DNA of 64,000 bases from Candidatus Nanopelagicales bacterium (GCA_018402365.1 JAGYJD010000006.1:3689-67688), one strand, 5' to 3'. Shown: positions 50,546 through 60,998, counted from the stretch's first letter. Translations and numbers: made by a program. The notes: generated by a model from the sequence alone, not told the origin.

Positions 50546-51769
50546 TTGACCTACGCTTATCCCATGTATCCAGGTCATTCGCCCGAAAATCCCATGCAGG
50601 TACGCGATGCCGCTCGCTCGCTCGCCGATTTAATTAATCCCTTACCAGCAATCTGGATTGAGGGTGAAATCACACAAGTCAAGATTCGTCCAAATAGTGA
50701 TTGGGTTTTTTTAGATTTACGCGATGTGGCACAAGAAGCCACCTTAAATGTGATGCTAAGTAAAAACGCCCTCAAGATTTCTGCGTTAGTTCCGACTAGT
50801 GGAATGCGGGTAGTAATAAATGGTAAACCTGAATTTTGGAGTAACCGAGGAACTCTAGTAATTCGCGCCAAAGCAATTCAAACTTTGGGGCTGGGCGAAC
50901 TGATGCTTCGTCTAGAAGAGTTAAAACAAAAGTTAGCCCTAGAAGGGCTCTTTGCTGAGAGCAGAAAAAGAACCCTTCCCTTCTTACCAAAAAAAATTGG
51001 TTTAATTTGCGGTAGAGCTAGCGCCGCCATGGGTGATGTAATTGAAAACGCTCAACGTCGCTGGCCGATTGCTGAATTTGTCACACTCGAAGTTGCAGTG
51101 CAAGGTGCAAAAGCTGCCGGTGAGGTGACGCAAGCGTTAAAAAAACTTAATAGCCGTAGCGACATCGATGTAATAATTATTACCCGCGGGGGCGGATCCT
51201 TTGAAGATTTACTTCCGTTTTCTGATGAAAACTTAATTAGAGCGGTAGCTGCTTCTCAAATACCAGTGGTTAGTGCAATTGGGCATGAAGAAGATTCTCC
51301 GCTTTTAGATTTAGTTGCTGATGTGCGAGCTTCTACCCCCACTGACGCAGCCAGAAAGGTAGTACCAGATTTTGATTATGAATTTGATTTAATTGAAAAT
51401 ACTCTTGAAAACTTACGTAGATTTGTGGCAAATGCCATCGAACGAGAACAGCTGTTGCTAGATCGCTTATTAGAAAACTCAGCGCTTGATTCGGTCGAGA
51501 ACTTTCTCAGTCCGTACCTAGATCAATTATTCGACGCCAGATTGCAAATCAGAGAAATCACCCAATCAAAAGTTCGAAGCGAGATACTTTGGCTGGAACC
51601 TACTAAGGCGCAATTAAAAGCACTTTCCCCACTTGCCACTTTAGAGCGAGGGTTTGCGATCGTACAACGTGATAACGGATCGTTAGTGAAATCGGCAAAA
51701 GATGTTAAAAAGGGTGAGCAATTAAGAATTAGATTGGCAAAAGATAGTGTTAAGGCAAAGGTGGAATAG
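50546..51769 (+). CDS. xseA: exodeoxyribonuclease VII large subunit
   Basis: N-terminal OB fold ([13 protein letters not shown]) and the core [11 protein letters not shown]. The start is uncertain (50546 or 50564). Confidence 0.9.
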   Translation: MTYAYPMYPGHSPENPMQVRDAARSLADLINPLPAIWIEGEITQVKIRPNSDWVFLDLRDVAQEATLNVMLSKNALKISALVPTSGMRVVINGKPEFWSNRGTLVIRAKAIQTLGLGELMLRLEELKQKLALEGLFAESRKRTLPFLPKKIGLICGRASAAMGDVIENAQRRWPIAEFVTLEVAVQGAKAAGEVTQALKKLNSRSDIDVIIITRGGGSFEDLLPFSDENLIRAVAASQIPVVSAIGHEEDSPLLDLVADVRASTPTDAARKVVPDFDYEFDLIENTLENLRRFVANAIEREQLLLDRLLENSALDSVENFLSPYLDQLFDARLQIREITQSKVRSEILWLEPTKAQLKALSPLATLERGFAIVQRDNGSLVKSAKDVKKGEQLRIRLAKDSVKAKVE

Positions 51770-51778
51770 GATCTTCAA

Positions 51779-51997
51779 ATGCCCAAAGAAAAAAAAGAAT
51801 TAACTTATGAACAAGCGCGTGCTCGCCTTACTGAAATTACTGAGAATCTCTCTTTAGGGAATTTAGGTTTAGAAGATACGCTAAAACTTTGGGAAGAAGG
51901 CGAAAAGTTAGCCGAAATCTGCCAAAAGATACTTGATCAAGCTCAAGCTCGACTTGAAGAGATTCAGGCCGAATATGAGGATGAGCAAACGGATTAA
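51779..51997 (+). CDS. xseB: exodeoxyribonuclease VII small subunit
   Basis: 72-aa helical protein with LTYEQARARLTEI...LEDTLKLWEEGEKL, immediately after xseA. Confidence 0.85.
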   Translation: MPKEKKELTYEQARARLTEITENLSLGNLGLEDTLKLWEEGEKLAEICQKILDQAQARLEEIQAEYEDEQTD

Positions 51998-52543
51998 GAG
52001 CCAACAGTTAGCGAATTGAGCAAAGTAAATTGTTCTTCGAAACTTGCAGTTCCATAAATTAAAATATTCTCATCATCAATTTGATAATAAAGTCCACGTT
52101 CATTTGTATACGAATCTTGCCATTGAGTGACTTTGAGATTTTCAACTGTAACTTCTTGGCTGTCGGTAATCTGATAGCCAGAAACTTCTATCATTTTCAC
52201 AACGTCGTACTCGCTCACCTTTACTCCAGCAAATTCTCCGCTGGGAGTAACAATTCCAAACCTCCACAATGGAGTGTTTTGAATTTGCTCCAATCTTCCA
52301 CTGGTTGCAACCCAAGTTTCAGCTAAACCGGCTGGCATGCATACCAATAGCTCCAGTTCGCTGGCTTACCCCACGAGCAATGGCAGCTAAGTCCACTGCA
52401 CGAATTTCTATCTCATTAGCTTTTCGAGTTTGACTAATAAACCCCGCCAACAAAACCACAAATAAGCCCACTAATCCCATCGAAATGGTGATGTCAAATA
52501 CGGTCTTTTTGTAGCTAGGTTTCTTGTAACTCATCTCATACAT
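51994..52543 (-). pseudogene. DUF4245-like membrane-anchored protein split into two frames (frameshift or sequencing error)
   Basis: The 74-aa fragment (TM anchor, ...VDLAAIARGV) and the 117-aa fragment (...PAGLAETWVATSGRL...) overlap at 52319-52347. Skipping one nucleotide near 52367 restores ...IARGVASELELLVCMPAGLAETWVATSG. Confidence 0.5.
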
Positions 52544-52596
52544 CTTTGCGTATCTTCAGTTTTTGCGCATACCCATACAATATAAACAGTGAAAGG

Positions 52597-54273
52597 ATGC
52601 CATTAAAAGTGGATTTTAAATATACTGAACTCTTACCAACCGGTGCGGACGAAAGAGAATATCGACTAATTACCACCGAAGGCGTCGAAGTGGTTGATTT
52701 AGCTGGGCGTAAATTTCTTTCGATTAAACCTGAAGTAATTGAGCAAATTACCTACGCCGCGATTAAAGACACCCAGCATCTTTTAAGAACAGAACACTTA
52801 GCCTCACTGCGCAGAATTTTGGATGACCCTGAAGCTAGCCCCAACGATCGTTATGTTGCATTAGATCTATTAAAAAATGCCAACATTTCGGCGGGTGGAG
52901 TTTTGCCGATGTGTCAAGACACCGGCACCATGGTGGTAAGCGGCAAGCGCGGCGCTGGGGTTTTAACAGAAGGTCAAGATGAGGCAGTTATTGCCAAAGG
53001 TATTTTTAATGTTTACCAAGATTTAAATCTTCGCTACAGCCAAATGGCACCGCTTGATATGTGGACTGAAAAAAACACTGGTACTAATCTGCCTGCCCAA
53101 ATTGAAATTTATGCAGATACCACTCAAGGTCACGAGTTGGAATACAAACTGTTGTTTATGGCTAAAGGTGGCGGTAGTGCAAATAAATCTTTGATGTTTC
53201 AAGAAACCAAAGCCATTTTAAATCCTGAAAAAATGCAAGCTTTTTTAGAAGAAAAATTACGAAGTTTAGGTACGGCTGCTTGTCCGCCGTATCACTTAGC
53301 AATTGTGATCGGAGGGCCCACCGCTGAGTTTGCCCTTAAAACTGCAAAGTTGGCATCCGCTCGAGAATTAGATAATTTGCCTTTGGCGGGATCTGACTTA
53401 GGTCATGGTTTTAGAGATATAGAAATGGAAGCCCAAGTTTTAAAATTGACTGAACAATTCGGAATCGGCGCTCAGTTTGGTGGTAAGTACTTTTGCCACG
53501 ATGTGCGGGTAATTCGCCTGCCGCGTCATGGAGCCTCACTACCGGTAGCGATTGCGGTTTCATGTTCAGCCGATCGCCAAATTTTGGCAAAGATAACCCC
53601 CGAAGGTGCCTTCTTAGAAAAACTAGAAACCGATCCAGCTAAATTTCTACCAGATGTGACCTCAGAAAAGCTTGAAGAAGATGTGGTCGCAATTGATTTA
53701 AACCAACCGATGAGTGAAGTGAGAAAACAACTTTCAAAACTTCCAATCAAAAGTCGGGTCTCTTTGAATGGACCCATGATTGTGGCACGCGACTTGGCCC
53801 ATGCCCGAGTGGCTGAGCAGCTGGCAGCTGGTCAATCGATGCCTGATTACTTTAAAGATTTTGTGGTTTACTACGCAGGTCCCGCTAAAACTCCAAAAGG
53901 TTTTGCCTCAGGATCCTTCGGTCCTACCACTGCCGGACGAATGGATTCTTACGTTGACCAATTTCAAAAATTAGGCGGCTCTTTAGTGATGCTGGCAAAA
54001 GGTAATCGCTCAAATCAGGTAACAAAAGCTTGCAGCGAAAACGGTGGTTTTTATCTTGGTTCAATTGGGGGGCCAGCTGCTCGCTTAGCGCAAGACTGCA
54101 TAGTCAAAGTAGAAGTTTTAGATTTTGAAGATCTTGGTATGGAAGCAGTATGGAAGATTGAGGTTAAAGATTTTCCGGCTTTTATTGTGGTGGATGACAA
54201 AGGTCATGACTTTTTTGAGGACACCATGCGTCCAATCGCTAACAAAATCCCTGTCGGCCCCGACGCTGGCTAA
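52597..54273 (+). CDS. fumA: class I (Fe-S dependent) fumarate hydratase, fused alpha/beta type
   Basis: [16 protein letters not shown]...LPMCQDTGT...KGGGSANK..., a FumA/FumB-like sequence. The ATG at 52597 gives an N-terminus that aligns with E. coli FumA. The TTG at 52546 would add 17 unconserved residues. Confidence 0.9.
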   Translation: MPLKVDFKYTELLPTGADEREYRLITTEGVEVVDLAGRKFLSIKPEVIEQITYAAIKDTQHLLRTEHLASLRRILDDPEASPNDRYVALDLLKNANISAGGVLPMCQDTGTMVVSGKRGAGVLTEGQDEAVIAKGIFNVYQDLNLRYSQMAPLDMWTEKNTGTNLPAQIEIYADTTQGHELEYKLLFMAKGGGSANKSLMFQETKAILNPEKMQAFLEEKLRSLGTAACPPYHLAIVIGGPTAEFALKTAKLASARELDNLPLAGSDLGHGFRDIEMEAQVLKLTEQFGIGAQFGGKYFCHDVRVIRLPRHGASLPVAIAVSCSADRQILAKITPEGAFLEKLETDPAKFLPDVTSEKLEEDVVAIDLNQPMSEVRKQLSKLPIKSRVSLNGPMIVARDLAHARVAEQLAAGQSMPDYFKDFVVYYAGPAKTPKGFASGSFGPTTAGRMDSYVDQFQKLGGSLVMLAKGNRSNQVTKACSENGGFYLGSIGGPAARLAQDCIVKVEVLDFEDLGMEAVWKIEVKDFPAFIVVDDKGHDFFEDTMRPIANKIPVGPDAG

Positions 54274-55583
54274 GTGGGAATCTCTTCTAATAGTTCGGTG
54301 ACTAATGCCGCAATCGGTGATCGCTCTGAGCGGGTGAGCGTAACGTGAGCAAACAAAGGATGACCCTTAAGTTTTTCTACTACTGCCGCTACCCCGTCGT
54401 GTCGGCCAACTCTTAAATTATCTCTTTGGGCAACATCGTGCGTTAAGACAACTTTTGAACCTTTACCTAAACGAGACAGCACAGTTAGTAATACATTTCT
54501 TTCTAAGCTTTGGGCTTCGTCAACAATCACAAAAGCATCGTGCAATGAACGTCCACGAATATGAGTCAGTGGCAAAACCTCGATTAGCCCTCTTCTTAAA
54601 ACTTCATCAATCACTTCAGGGGCAGTGACGGCGCCTAACGTGTCAAAAACCGCTTGTGCCCACGGGCTCATTTTTTCACTTTCGCTACCTGGTAGGTAAC
54701 CCAACTCTTGACCACCCACTGCATAAAGGGGACGGAAAACCATAACTTTGCGTTGACTACCTCGTTCCAAAACTTGCTCTAGCCCCGCACAAATTGCCAA
54801 GGCACTTTTACCGGTACCGGCCCGACCACCTAAAGAAACAATTCCAACTTCATCATCAAGTAAAAATTCCAGCGCCAACCGTTGTTCAGCGCTACGTCCA
54901 TGTATTCCAAAGGCTTCGATATCTCCGCGTACTAATTTGATTTTTTTGTCAACGCTCACCCGACCCAAGCCACTACCCTTATTTGAAAGCAGGATCAAAC
55001 CGGTGTTACAAGGTAACTCTTTTGCTGCCTCATGTTCGATTGAATGATTGGCATAAAGCTCGTCCAGCTCTTCGCTGGCAAGATCGAGCTCACTGGTGCC
55101 AGTCCATCCTGAAATCGCGACAAATTCTGCAAAGTATTCTTCGGCTTCTAAACCTAAGGCAGATGCTTTAACTCGCATCGGTAAATCTTTGCTAACCACC
55201 ACTACCTCAGCGCCAGCTTCAGAGAGCTGCTTAGCGGTTGCCAAAATTCTTCCGTCGTTATCTAGCGGACCAAAGGCTGCGGGTAATTGATTGGAGTCGA
55301 TCTGAGAAAGGTCTACCCGTAAAGTTCCACCCAATTCTCCAAGCGGAATTGGTTTATCTAAGCCGCCTTTTTCAACCCTTAAATCATCTAGTAAGCGCAA
55401 AGCTTCGCGAGCAAAAAAACCTAATTCAGGATGAGTTCGCTTTCTTTCTAATTCTGCAATAACTACCAAAGGCAAAACCACATCGTGTTCGTCAAAACGT
55501 AGTGGGGCTTTTGGATCAGAGAGTAAAACGCTGGTATCGAGCACAAAAGTCTTTTTATTTTGACGATGTGGAGTCAAACCCAC
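54270..55583 (-). CDS. phoH2: PhoH2: N-terminal PIN domain fused to a PhoH-like ATPase
   Basis: PIN domain ([12 protein letters not shown]), then Walker A GRAGTGKS and the PhoH core. GTG start after AAGGGGG. Confidence 0.85.
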   Translation of the reverse strand: MGLTPHRQNKKTFVLDTSVLLSDPKAPLRFDEHDVVLPLVVIAELERKRTHPELGFFAREALRLLDDLRVEKGGLDKPIPLGELGGTLRVDLSQIDSNQLPAAFGPLDNDGRILATAKQLSEAGAEVVVVSKDLPMRVKASALGLEAEEYFAEFVAISGWTGTSELDLASEELDELYANHSIEHEAAKELPCNTGLILLSNKGSGLGRVSVDKKIKLVRGDIEAFGIHGRSAEQRLALEFLLDDEVGIVSLGGRAGTGKSALAICAGLEQVLERGSQRKVMVFRPLYAVGGQELGYLPGSESEKMSPWAQAVFDTLGAVTAPEVIDEVLRRGLIEVLPLTHIRGRSLHDAFVIVDEAQSLERNVLLTVLSRLGKGSKVVLTHDVAQRDNLRVGRHDGVAAVVEKLKGHPLFAHVTLTRSERSPIAALVTELLEEIPT

Positions 55584-55663
55584 CCCCTTGAGTGAATTGC
55601 TTTGATCGCCTCAACGCTAATTGCTAGTCAGCATCAGCGCCTCGCAACACGCCGTCCGCGGGG

Positions 55664-56425
55664 TTAGGCGCCGAACCTTCTATGCCTAGCTCCAAAGTCT
55701 CTCAAGGCTCTTAAGAAGTCAACTTTTCTAAAGTCAGGCCAGTAAGCTTCACAAAAATAAAACTCGGCATGGGCACTTTGCCAAAGTAAAAATCCGCTCA
55801 ACCGCTGCTCACCCGAAGTTCTGATTACTAAATCTGGATCCGGCTGTCCCTTTGTATAGAGGTTTTGAGAAATATGCTCAATATCAATAGTTCTTGCCAA
55901 TTCTTCTAACGAAGTTCCTAATTGTGCATGATCAGAGAGTACGGTTCGCACCGCATCAATAACTTCTCGCCTACCGCCGTATCCCACTGCGATATTTACT
56001 GTCATTGTGTTTACTGCTTTGGTTTTTTCTGCAACTTCTTTTAGCACCACGCCGGTTGAGGCGGGCAATAAATCTAAAGCGCCCACCGGAACAATCCTCC
56101 ACTTATTTGTTGAGCCAAGATTTTCAACCGTACTTTCAATTAATTCAAATAAATAGGATAATTCTTCACTATCTCGGGTTAGGTTTTCAGTGCTCAATAA
56201 CCAAAGAGTGACATGTCCAATTTTTGATTCTTCGCACCAATCTAAAAAGTGTTCAATGCGGCTGGCGCCAACTTTGTGGCCGTCAATGGTGCTACTACCT
56301 TGTTCTTTTGCCCAACGACGATTTCCATCTAAAATCACACCTACGTGTTTTGGTCTTGGTAATTCCGCAATTTCTTTAACGAGTCGACGTTCGTAGAGTG
56401 GGTAAACCAGATCTACAAATTTCAT
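55664..56425 (-). CDS. uppS: (Z)-isoprenyl diphosphate synthase (UppS family)
   Basis: HVGVILDGNRRWA and RTSGEQRLSGFLLWQ, the cis-prenyltransferase motifs. Confidence 0.9.
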   Translation of the reverse strand: MKFVDLVYPLYERRLVKEIAELPRPKHVGVILDGNRRWAKEQGSSTIDGHKVGASRIEHFLDWCEESKIGHVTLWLLSTENLTRDSEELSYLFELIESTVENLGSTNKWRIVPVGALDLLPASTGVVLKEVAEKTKAVNTMTVNIAVGYGGRREVIDAVRTVLSDHAQLGTSLEELARTIDIEHISQNLYTKGQPDPDLVIRTSGEQRLSGFLLWQSAHAEFYFCEAYWPDFRKVDFLRALRDFGARHRRFGA

Positions 56426-56439
56426 AAGAGTTTCTTTCC

Positions 56440-56598
56440 TTAATCTGAAGAATCACCAAAATGTTTATTTGCTCTCTTGATACTTTTTTTCATGAAGTAG
56501 AAAATTATTAGTACCGTTATTCCTAAGAGCGTAAAAGCGATAAGTGCGTAGCGGCCAGGACTAGGCACGGTCTCAAGCACCTCTTGCAAATACAGCAT
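56440..56598 (-). CDS. candidate 52-aa single-pass membrane protein
   Basis: Hand translation gives MLYLQEVLETVPSPGRYALIAFTLLGITVLIIFYFMKKSIKRANKHFGDSSD. A hydrophobic core is followed by a basic tail. There is no clear SD sequence. It fills the otherwise unusually long 183-nt uppS-mca gap. Confidence 0.3.
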   Translation of the reverse strand: MLYLQEVLETVPSPGRYALIAFTLLGITVLIIFYFMKKSIKRANKHFGDSSD

Positions 56599-56608
56599 GA
56601 AGATGAGC

Positions 56609-57454
56609 CTACCTCAGCCCAGCGAACAGATCCGTCTCTGGCAATTGGGAATTAACTCGAGTAGCAGCCAGTTGATAATCTTCAAAGGGCCAAATCTTTT
56701 GCTCTTCAGTTAGGGGCATGGCAAACCAATCACCAGCCGGATCAATTTGCGAGCGATGAGCTTTTAGGGCGGCTGACCGTACTGAGAAAAAATCCGCGCA
56801 TTCAATTTGGGTAGTTACCAGATGAGAATTATCTGGTCTATTTTCAAACCAGGCAGCGTAGGGATTTTTGATACCCAATCTAGTAAAGGCTTCATCAAAC
56901 ACTTCAAGTTTTTTGCTATGAAAGGTTTGATGGTAATAGAGTTTAGAAATCGACCAGGCAAAACCTAATTCAGGCTTAAATGTTAAATCACGCGAGTTTT
57001 CCCAAGCGTACATAGAGATCTCATGAGTACGAATGTGGTCAGGATGTGGATACCCGCCATTTTCATCATAGGTCAATAAAACTTGTGGTTTAAACGCTCT
57101 AACAATTTTGATTAACTTTTCACCAACTTGCTCGATTGGTAAATCTGCAAATGTACCTTTGGGAACAGGTCCATTCTCTACCCAGCCAGAATCTTCAAAC
57201 CCTAACCAAGCATGTTTGGCTCCTAAAATTTTTATAGATTCTGCCATTTCTTGTTTTCTAAATTCTGCAATATTTTTTTCATATTCTGCTTTATCTAAAT
57301 TTGGATTTAATAAGTCCCCACGTTCGCCGCCAGTGCAGGTAACAATTAAAACTTCGTGCCCTTGCTTTACGTATTTAGCAACAGTGGCGGCACCCTTGCT
57401 AGCTTCATCATCTGGATGGGCGTGAACCGCAATTATCCTCAGTTTATTAGTCAA
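56609..57454 (-). CDS. mca: LmbE-family amidase, mycothiol S-conjugate amidase-like
   Basis: IIAVHAHPDDEASKGAATVAKY...VTCTGGERGDLLNP closely follows the Mca N-terminus. It lies divergent from greA, as in mycobacteria. Confidence 0.8.
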   Translation of the reverse strand: MTNKLRIIAVHAHPDDEASKGAATVAKYVKQGHEVLIVTCTGGERGDLLNPNLDKAEYEKNIAEFRKQEMAESIKILGAKHAWLGFEDSGWVENGPVPKGTFADLPIEQVGEKLIKIVRAFKPQVLLTYDENGGYPHPDHIRTHEISMYAWENSRDLTFKPELGFAWSISKLYYHQTFHSKKLEVFDEAFTRLGIKNPYAAWFENRPDNSHLVTTQIECADFFSVRSAALKAHRSQIDPAGDWFAMPLTEEQKIWPFEDYQLAATRVNSQLPETDLFAGLR

Positions 57455-57478
57455 TTTTCCTTCTCATTTCAAATGTCC

Positions 57479-57484
57479 TACACT
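57479..57484 (+). promoter_or_regulatory. candidate -10 hexamer (TACACT) for a leaderless greA mRNA
   Basis: The TANNNT hexamer occupies -12 to -7 relative to the A of the greA ATG (57491). There is no SD sequence between them. Confidence 0.3.
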
Positions 57485-57490
57485 TGTCAA

Positions 57491-57979
57491 ATGTCAGAAA
57501 TCAAGAGTACTTGGTTAACCCAAGAAGCCTACGATCGTCTCGCTGCTGAATTTGAAGAGCGACAAGGCTTAATCCGCGCTGACATCACGAAAAAAATAGA
57601 GACTGCTCGAGAAGAAGGCGATCTTAAAGAAAATGGTGGCTACCACGCAGCCCGAGAAGAGCAGGGTAAAAACGAAGCTCGCATTAGACAACTAAAACAA
57701 ATAATAGAAAATGCCGAAATCAGCACTCCTCCTAGTGACACCAGCAAAATTGCAATTGGTCACGTGGTTACCGTTGCCTTTGCTGATGGTGATGAAGAAA
57801 CTTTTTGGCTAGCTTCTCGCGAAGAATCTCAACACGCGACCATAGATGTTTATTCACCCGAATCCCCTTTGGGTCAAGCAGTGCTTGGTAAAAAGGCCGG
57901 CGATCAAACTGGTTTTGAACTACCCAATGGCAAAACCGTTGAAGTAAAAATTAAAGAAGTAAAAATTTACTCAGCGTGA
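57491..57979 (+). CDS. greA: transcription elongation factor GreA
   Basis: MSEIKSTWLTQEAYDRLAAEFE...GDLKENGGYHAAREEQG aligns from residue 1 with actinobacterial GreA. The 45-aa upstream extension in the ORF track overlaps mca and is not conserved. Confidence 0.9.
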   Translation: MSEIKSTWLTQEAYDRLAAEFEERQGLIRADITKKIETAREEGDLKENGGYHAAREEQGKNEARIRQLKQIIENAEISTPPSDTSKIAIGHVVTVAFADGDEETFWLASREESQHATIDVYSPESPLGQAVLGKKAGDQTGFELPNGKTVEVKIKEVKIYSA

Positions 57980-58813
57980 GGTTGCTACCTTAAATCTTCT
58001 TATCGCTAGCGGCATAAATATTGCCAAGATGAGCACTATCCAAATCACTGACATTAATACGGGATTTTGCATGGGGAATGAACCAATTGAAGTATCTATT
58101 GGATACCCAAACAAAATTCGCGAGGCTGCCACAATTGAAGAGATGGGATTCCATTCAGCAAAAACTTGTAACCAACTTGGCATCGATTCTGTTGGCACAA
58201 AGGCGTTAGAAACAAAAGTCAAGGGGAATAACCAGGCAAAACCGGCAGTAGAGGCGATTTGTGGATTAGATACCGATAAACCAATCAAGGCACCAATCCA
58301 ACTCATAGCAAAGCCAAAAGCTAAAAGTAAAAGATAAGCAGCAACAGCGTTAAAAAATCCGCCGGTAATTCTCCAACCAATAGCCAGGCCGGTAATCGTC
58401 ATAATTATCAAAGTAATAACACCTCTTGAAAGATCAGAAGAGGTTCTGCCAAGTAGCACTGCTGCCGGATTCATGGGGAGTGAGCGAAATCTATCGATTA
58501 TGCCTTTTGCCATGTCGTCGTTTAGTCCAATTGAAGCGCTGGCACCAGCAAAGGCAATGGTTTGTACAAAAATCCCTGGAATTAAAAAGGATCGATAACT
58601 TGAATCGCCAACATCAATTGCTCCCCCAAAAACAAAAGCAAAAAGCAAAATAAAAATAATTGGCTGAATTGCATCAAAAAATAAGGCTTCGATATTGCGA
58701 TAAAACTGCAGCAGATTTCGCCAAGCAACAATAATCGAATCATGCGCTAACCAATAAATTTTTGAATGTTTAGCGGCATACTCTGCAGAAACGCTTTTGG
58801 TGATAGTGCTCAT
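57971..58813 (-). CDS. ABC-2 type transporter permease
   Basis: 280-aa, 6-TM protein translationally coupled to the upstream ATPase (4-nt overlap). Confidence 0.8.
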   Translation of the reverse strand: MSTITKSVSAEYAAKHSKIYWLAHDSIIVAWRNLLQFYRNIEALFFDAIQPIIFILLFAFVFGGAIDVGDSSYRSFLIPGIFVQTIAFAGASASIGLNDDMAKGIIDRFRSLPMNPAAVLLGRTSSDLSRGVITLIIMTITGLAIGWRITGGFFNAVAAYLLLLAFGFAMSWIGALIGLSVSNPQIASTAGFAWLFPLTFVSNAFVPTESMPSWLQVFAEWNPISSIVAASRILFGYPIDTSIGSFPMQNPVLMSVIWIVLILAIFMPLAIRRFKVATSR

Positions 58814-59757
58814 ACGGTTACCTCTTCTGCCGCATGGCCAGTGAGAGTTAAAAATACTTCATCTAGTGTTGGTTGTCTCAACTGAATTTCTTCAATTTCA
58901 ATACCTGCAGCATCTAAAGCTCTAACTACCTCTACCACCTTGGTTCCACCTTTTCCAACTACCGGCACCGTTAAGTGATCAACGTCAGTTGAAACTTCAC
59001 CGCTACCGATAGCCCGTAATAAATTTTGTGTTTCCAAGACGCGATCTAAAGGAACTCTCACTTCAATTCTTTCGCCGCCAACTTTTCGCTTTAATTCATT
59101 AGCGGTACCTTCAGCAATCACTCGCCCGTGATCTATCACCATGATTTTGTCGGCTAATTGATCTGCCTCTTCTAGGTATTGAGTTGTTAATAACACAGTT
59201 GTTCCGTCGCGTACCAAATCTCTAATAATCCCCCACATCAAAAGCCGAGAGCGAGGGTCTAACCCTGTGGTGGGCTCATCTAAAAATAAAACAGTTGGAT
59301 TGCCAATCAAGGCAGAAGCTAAATCTAACCTTCGTCGCATGCCGCCCGAGTAAGTTTTTACAACTCGATCTCTGGCGTCTACTAAATTAAATTTTTCTAA
59401 TAATTCATCGCATTTTTTAATTGCTGTGTTTTTCGGGAGCCGAAATAATCTGCCCACCATTATTAAGTTCTCTCGGCCAGTTAAATTTTCATCAACGGCC
59501 GCGTATTGACCAGAAAGTCCAATAATCTCACGAGCTTGTGCGGGATTTTTTAAAATATCAATTCCAGCCACCAAGGCACTACCAGCATCTGGTTGCAATA
59601 ATGTCGAAAGTATTCGAACCGTGGTGGTTTTTCCGGCACCGTTAGGCCCCAGTAAACCCAAAATTGTTCCAGTGGGTACTTCTAAATCAACACCTATTAA
59701 TGCTTTTACATCTTTATATGATTTTGTTAAACCTTTTGCTTCAACTGCTAAAGACAA
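58810..59757 (-). CDS. ABC transporter ATP-binding protein (DrrA-like)
   Basis: Walker A GPNGAGKTT, signature YSGGMRRRL and Walker B LFLDEPTTGLD. Confidence 0.9.
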   Translation of the reverse strand: MSLAVEAKGLTKSYKDVKALIGVDLEVPTGTILGLLGPNGAGKTTTVRILSTLLQPDAGSALVAGIDILKNPAQAREIIGLSGQYAAVDENLTGRENLIMVGRLFRLPKNTAIKKCDELLEKFNLVDARDRVVKTYSGGMRRRLDLASALIGNPTVLFLDEPTTGLDPRSRLLMWGIIRDLVRDGTTVLLTTQYLEEADQLADKIMVIDHGRVIAEGTANELKRKVGGERIEVRVPLDRVLETQNLLRAIGSGEVSTDVDHLTVPVVGKGGTKVVEVVRALDAAGIEIEEIQLRQPTLDEVFLTLTGHAAEEVTV

Positions 59758-59789
59758 CTACTCCCCCTGGTAAGCCTTCAGCCTAGCGC

Positions 59790-60998
59790 TTACTTAACTT
59801 CATAACTTAAACCCAGTTCTGAAAGTACTTGTAGGACAACCTTTCGATGTGAATCCCCACGAGTTTCTAAAGTTAGATTGACCGATACTTCATCGGCCGT
59901 AAGTGAAGGATCTGTTCTTAAATGAAAAACATCAACCACACTTGAGCCGGTCTTGCCGATTGCTGCTAGCAAATTAGCTAACGAGCCAGGGTTATCTGAA
60001 ATAGTAATTTCGACAGTTAAATAGCGACTCGCAATTGCTAAACCGTTTCGCATTATTCGGTCTAAGAGCAATGGGTCAATGTTTCCACCTGACAAAATAA
60101 CAGCAATTGGGCCCTCAAAATTATTTGGATTTTTTATTAAAGCAGCACAAGCCGCGGCGCCAGCTGGTTCGACTAATAACTTTCCGCGCTCAAGTGTTTG
60201 TAACAGCGCGATTGCTAAATCGCTTTCGGTGACAGTAATTACCTCATCGACATATTTTTTTATTATTTCAAAAGGAATCTCACCAGGCTTTCCAACTGCA
60301 ATCCCATCTGCCATTGTTTTCATGCTAGTTAAAGCAACTGGCTTACCAGCTTTTAGTGATGCTGGGTATGCCGCGGCTTGCTCAGCCTGTACTCCAATTA
60401 CTTTAACTTTTGGATTTAAACTTTTTATTGCCAAAGCCACTCCAGCTAAAAGTCCGCCGCCGCCGGTGCAAACTAAAACAGTTTTAACTTCGGGCATCTG
60501 CTGCATAATTTCAAGACCAATGGTGCCTTGGCCCGCCACGATGTCTTCGTGATCAAAGGGGGGAATAAATATCGCACCTGATTTTTCACAGTCGGATTTT
60601 GCTTCTTTTAATGCCTCATCGAGCGTTGCTCCAAAAAACTTAACTTCGGCTCCATAATTTTTTGTTGCCTCTACTTTGGCAATCGAAGCACTTTCTGGCA
60701 TATAGACCCGAGATTTAATGCCTAACAACATCGCCGCTAAGGCAACCCCTTGTGCATGATTACCTGCGCTAGCTGCCACCACGCCGAATTTTCTATCAGC
60801 TTCGCTTAATTGGCTTATTAAATTGTAAGCACCACGAATTTTAAAACTACCGGCTCTTTGTAGATTTTCAGGTTTTAAAAGCACTTGTTGCTTAGTCATT
60901 CGCTCTAGCCAACCAGCGTGAACCATTTGGGTCTCACGAATTACACCAGCAAGTCGATTTGCCGCTTGCTCGATTTGGGATAAATCGACTTGACTCAT
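59790..60998 (-). CDS. ilvA: threonine ammonia-lyase
   Basis: PLP-lysine SFKIRGAYN, the glycine loop, and a single C-terminal ACT-like regulatory domain. 402 aa. Confidence 0.85.
   Translation of the reverse strand: MSQVDLSQIEQAANRLAGVIRETQMVHAGWLERMTKQQVLLKPENLQRAGSFKIRGAYNLISQLSEADRKFGVVAASAGNHAQGVALAAMLLGIKSRVYMPESASIAKVEATKNYGAEVKFFGATLDEALKEAKSDCEKSGAIFIPPFDHEDIVAGQGTIGLEIMQQMPEVKTVLVCTGGGGLLAGVALAIKSLNPKVKVIGVQAEQAAAYPASLKAGKPVALTSMKTMADGIAVGKPGEIPFEIIKKYVDEVITVTESDLAIALLQTLERGKLLVEPAGAAACAALIKNPNNFEGPIAVILSGGNIDPLLLDRIMRNGLAIASRYLTVEITISDNPGSLANLLAAIGKTGSSVVDVFHLRTDPSLTADEVSVNLTLETRGDSHRKVVLQVLSELGLSYEVK

Noticed and set aside
52546-52596. The 17-aa N-terminal extension of the fumarase from the TTG at 52546.
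   Set aside because: Class I fumarase homology starts at MPLKVDFKY (52597). The extension would leave only 2 nt between divergent genes. The spacing of the GAAAGG motif to the ATG is short, so the start remains somewhat uncertain.
57356-57490. The long GreA isoform starting at 57356.
   Set aside because: The extra 45 residues overlap the mca coding region on the other strand, are hydrophobic and low-complexity, and precede the position where GreA homology starts.
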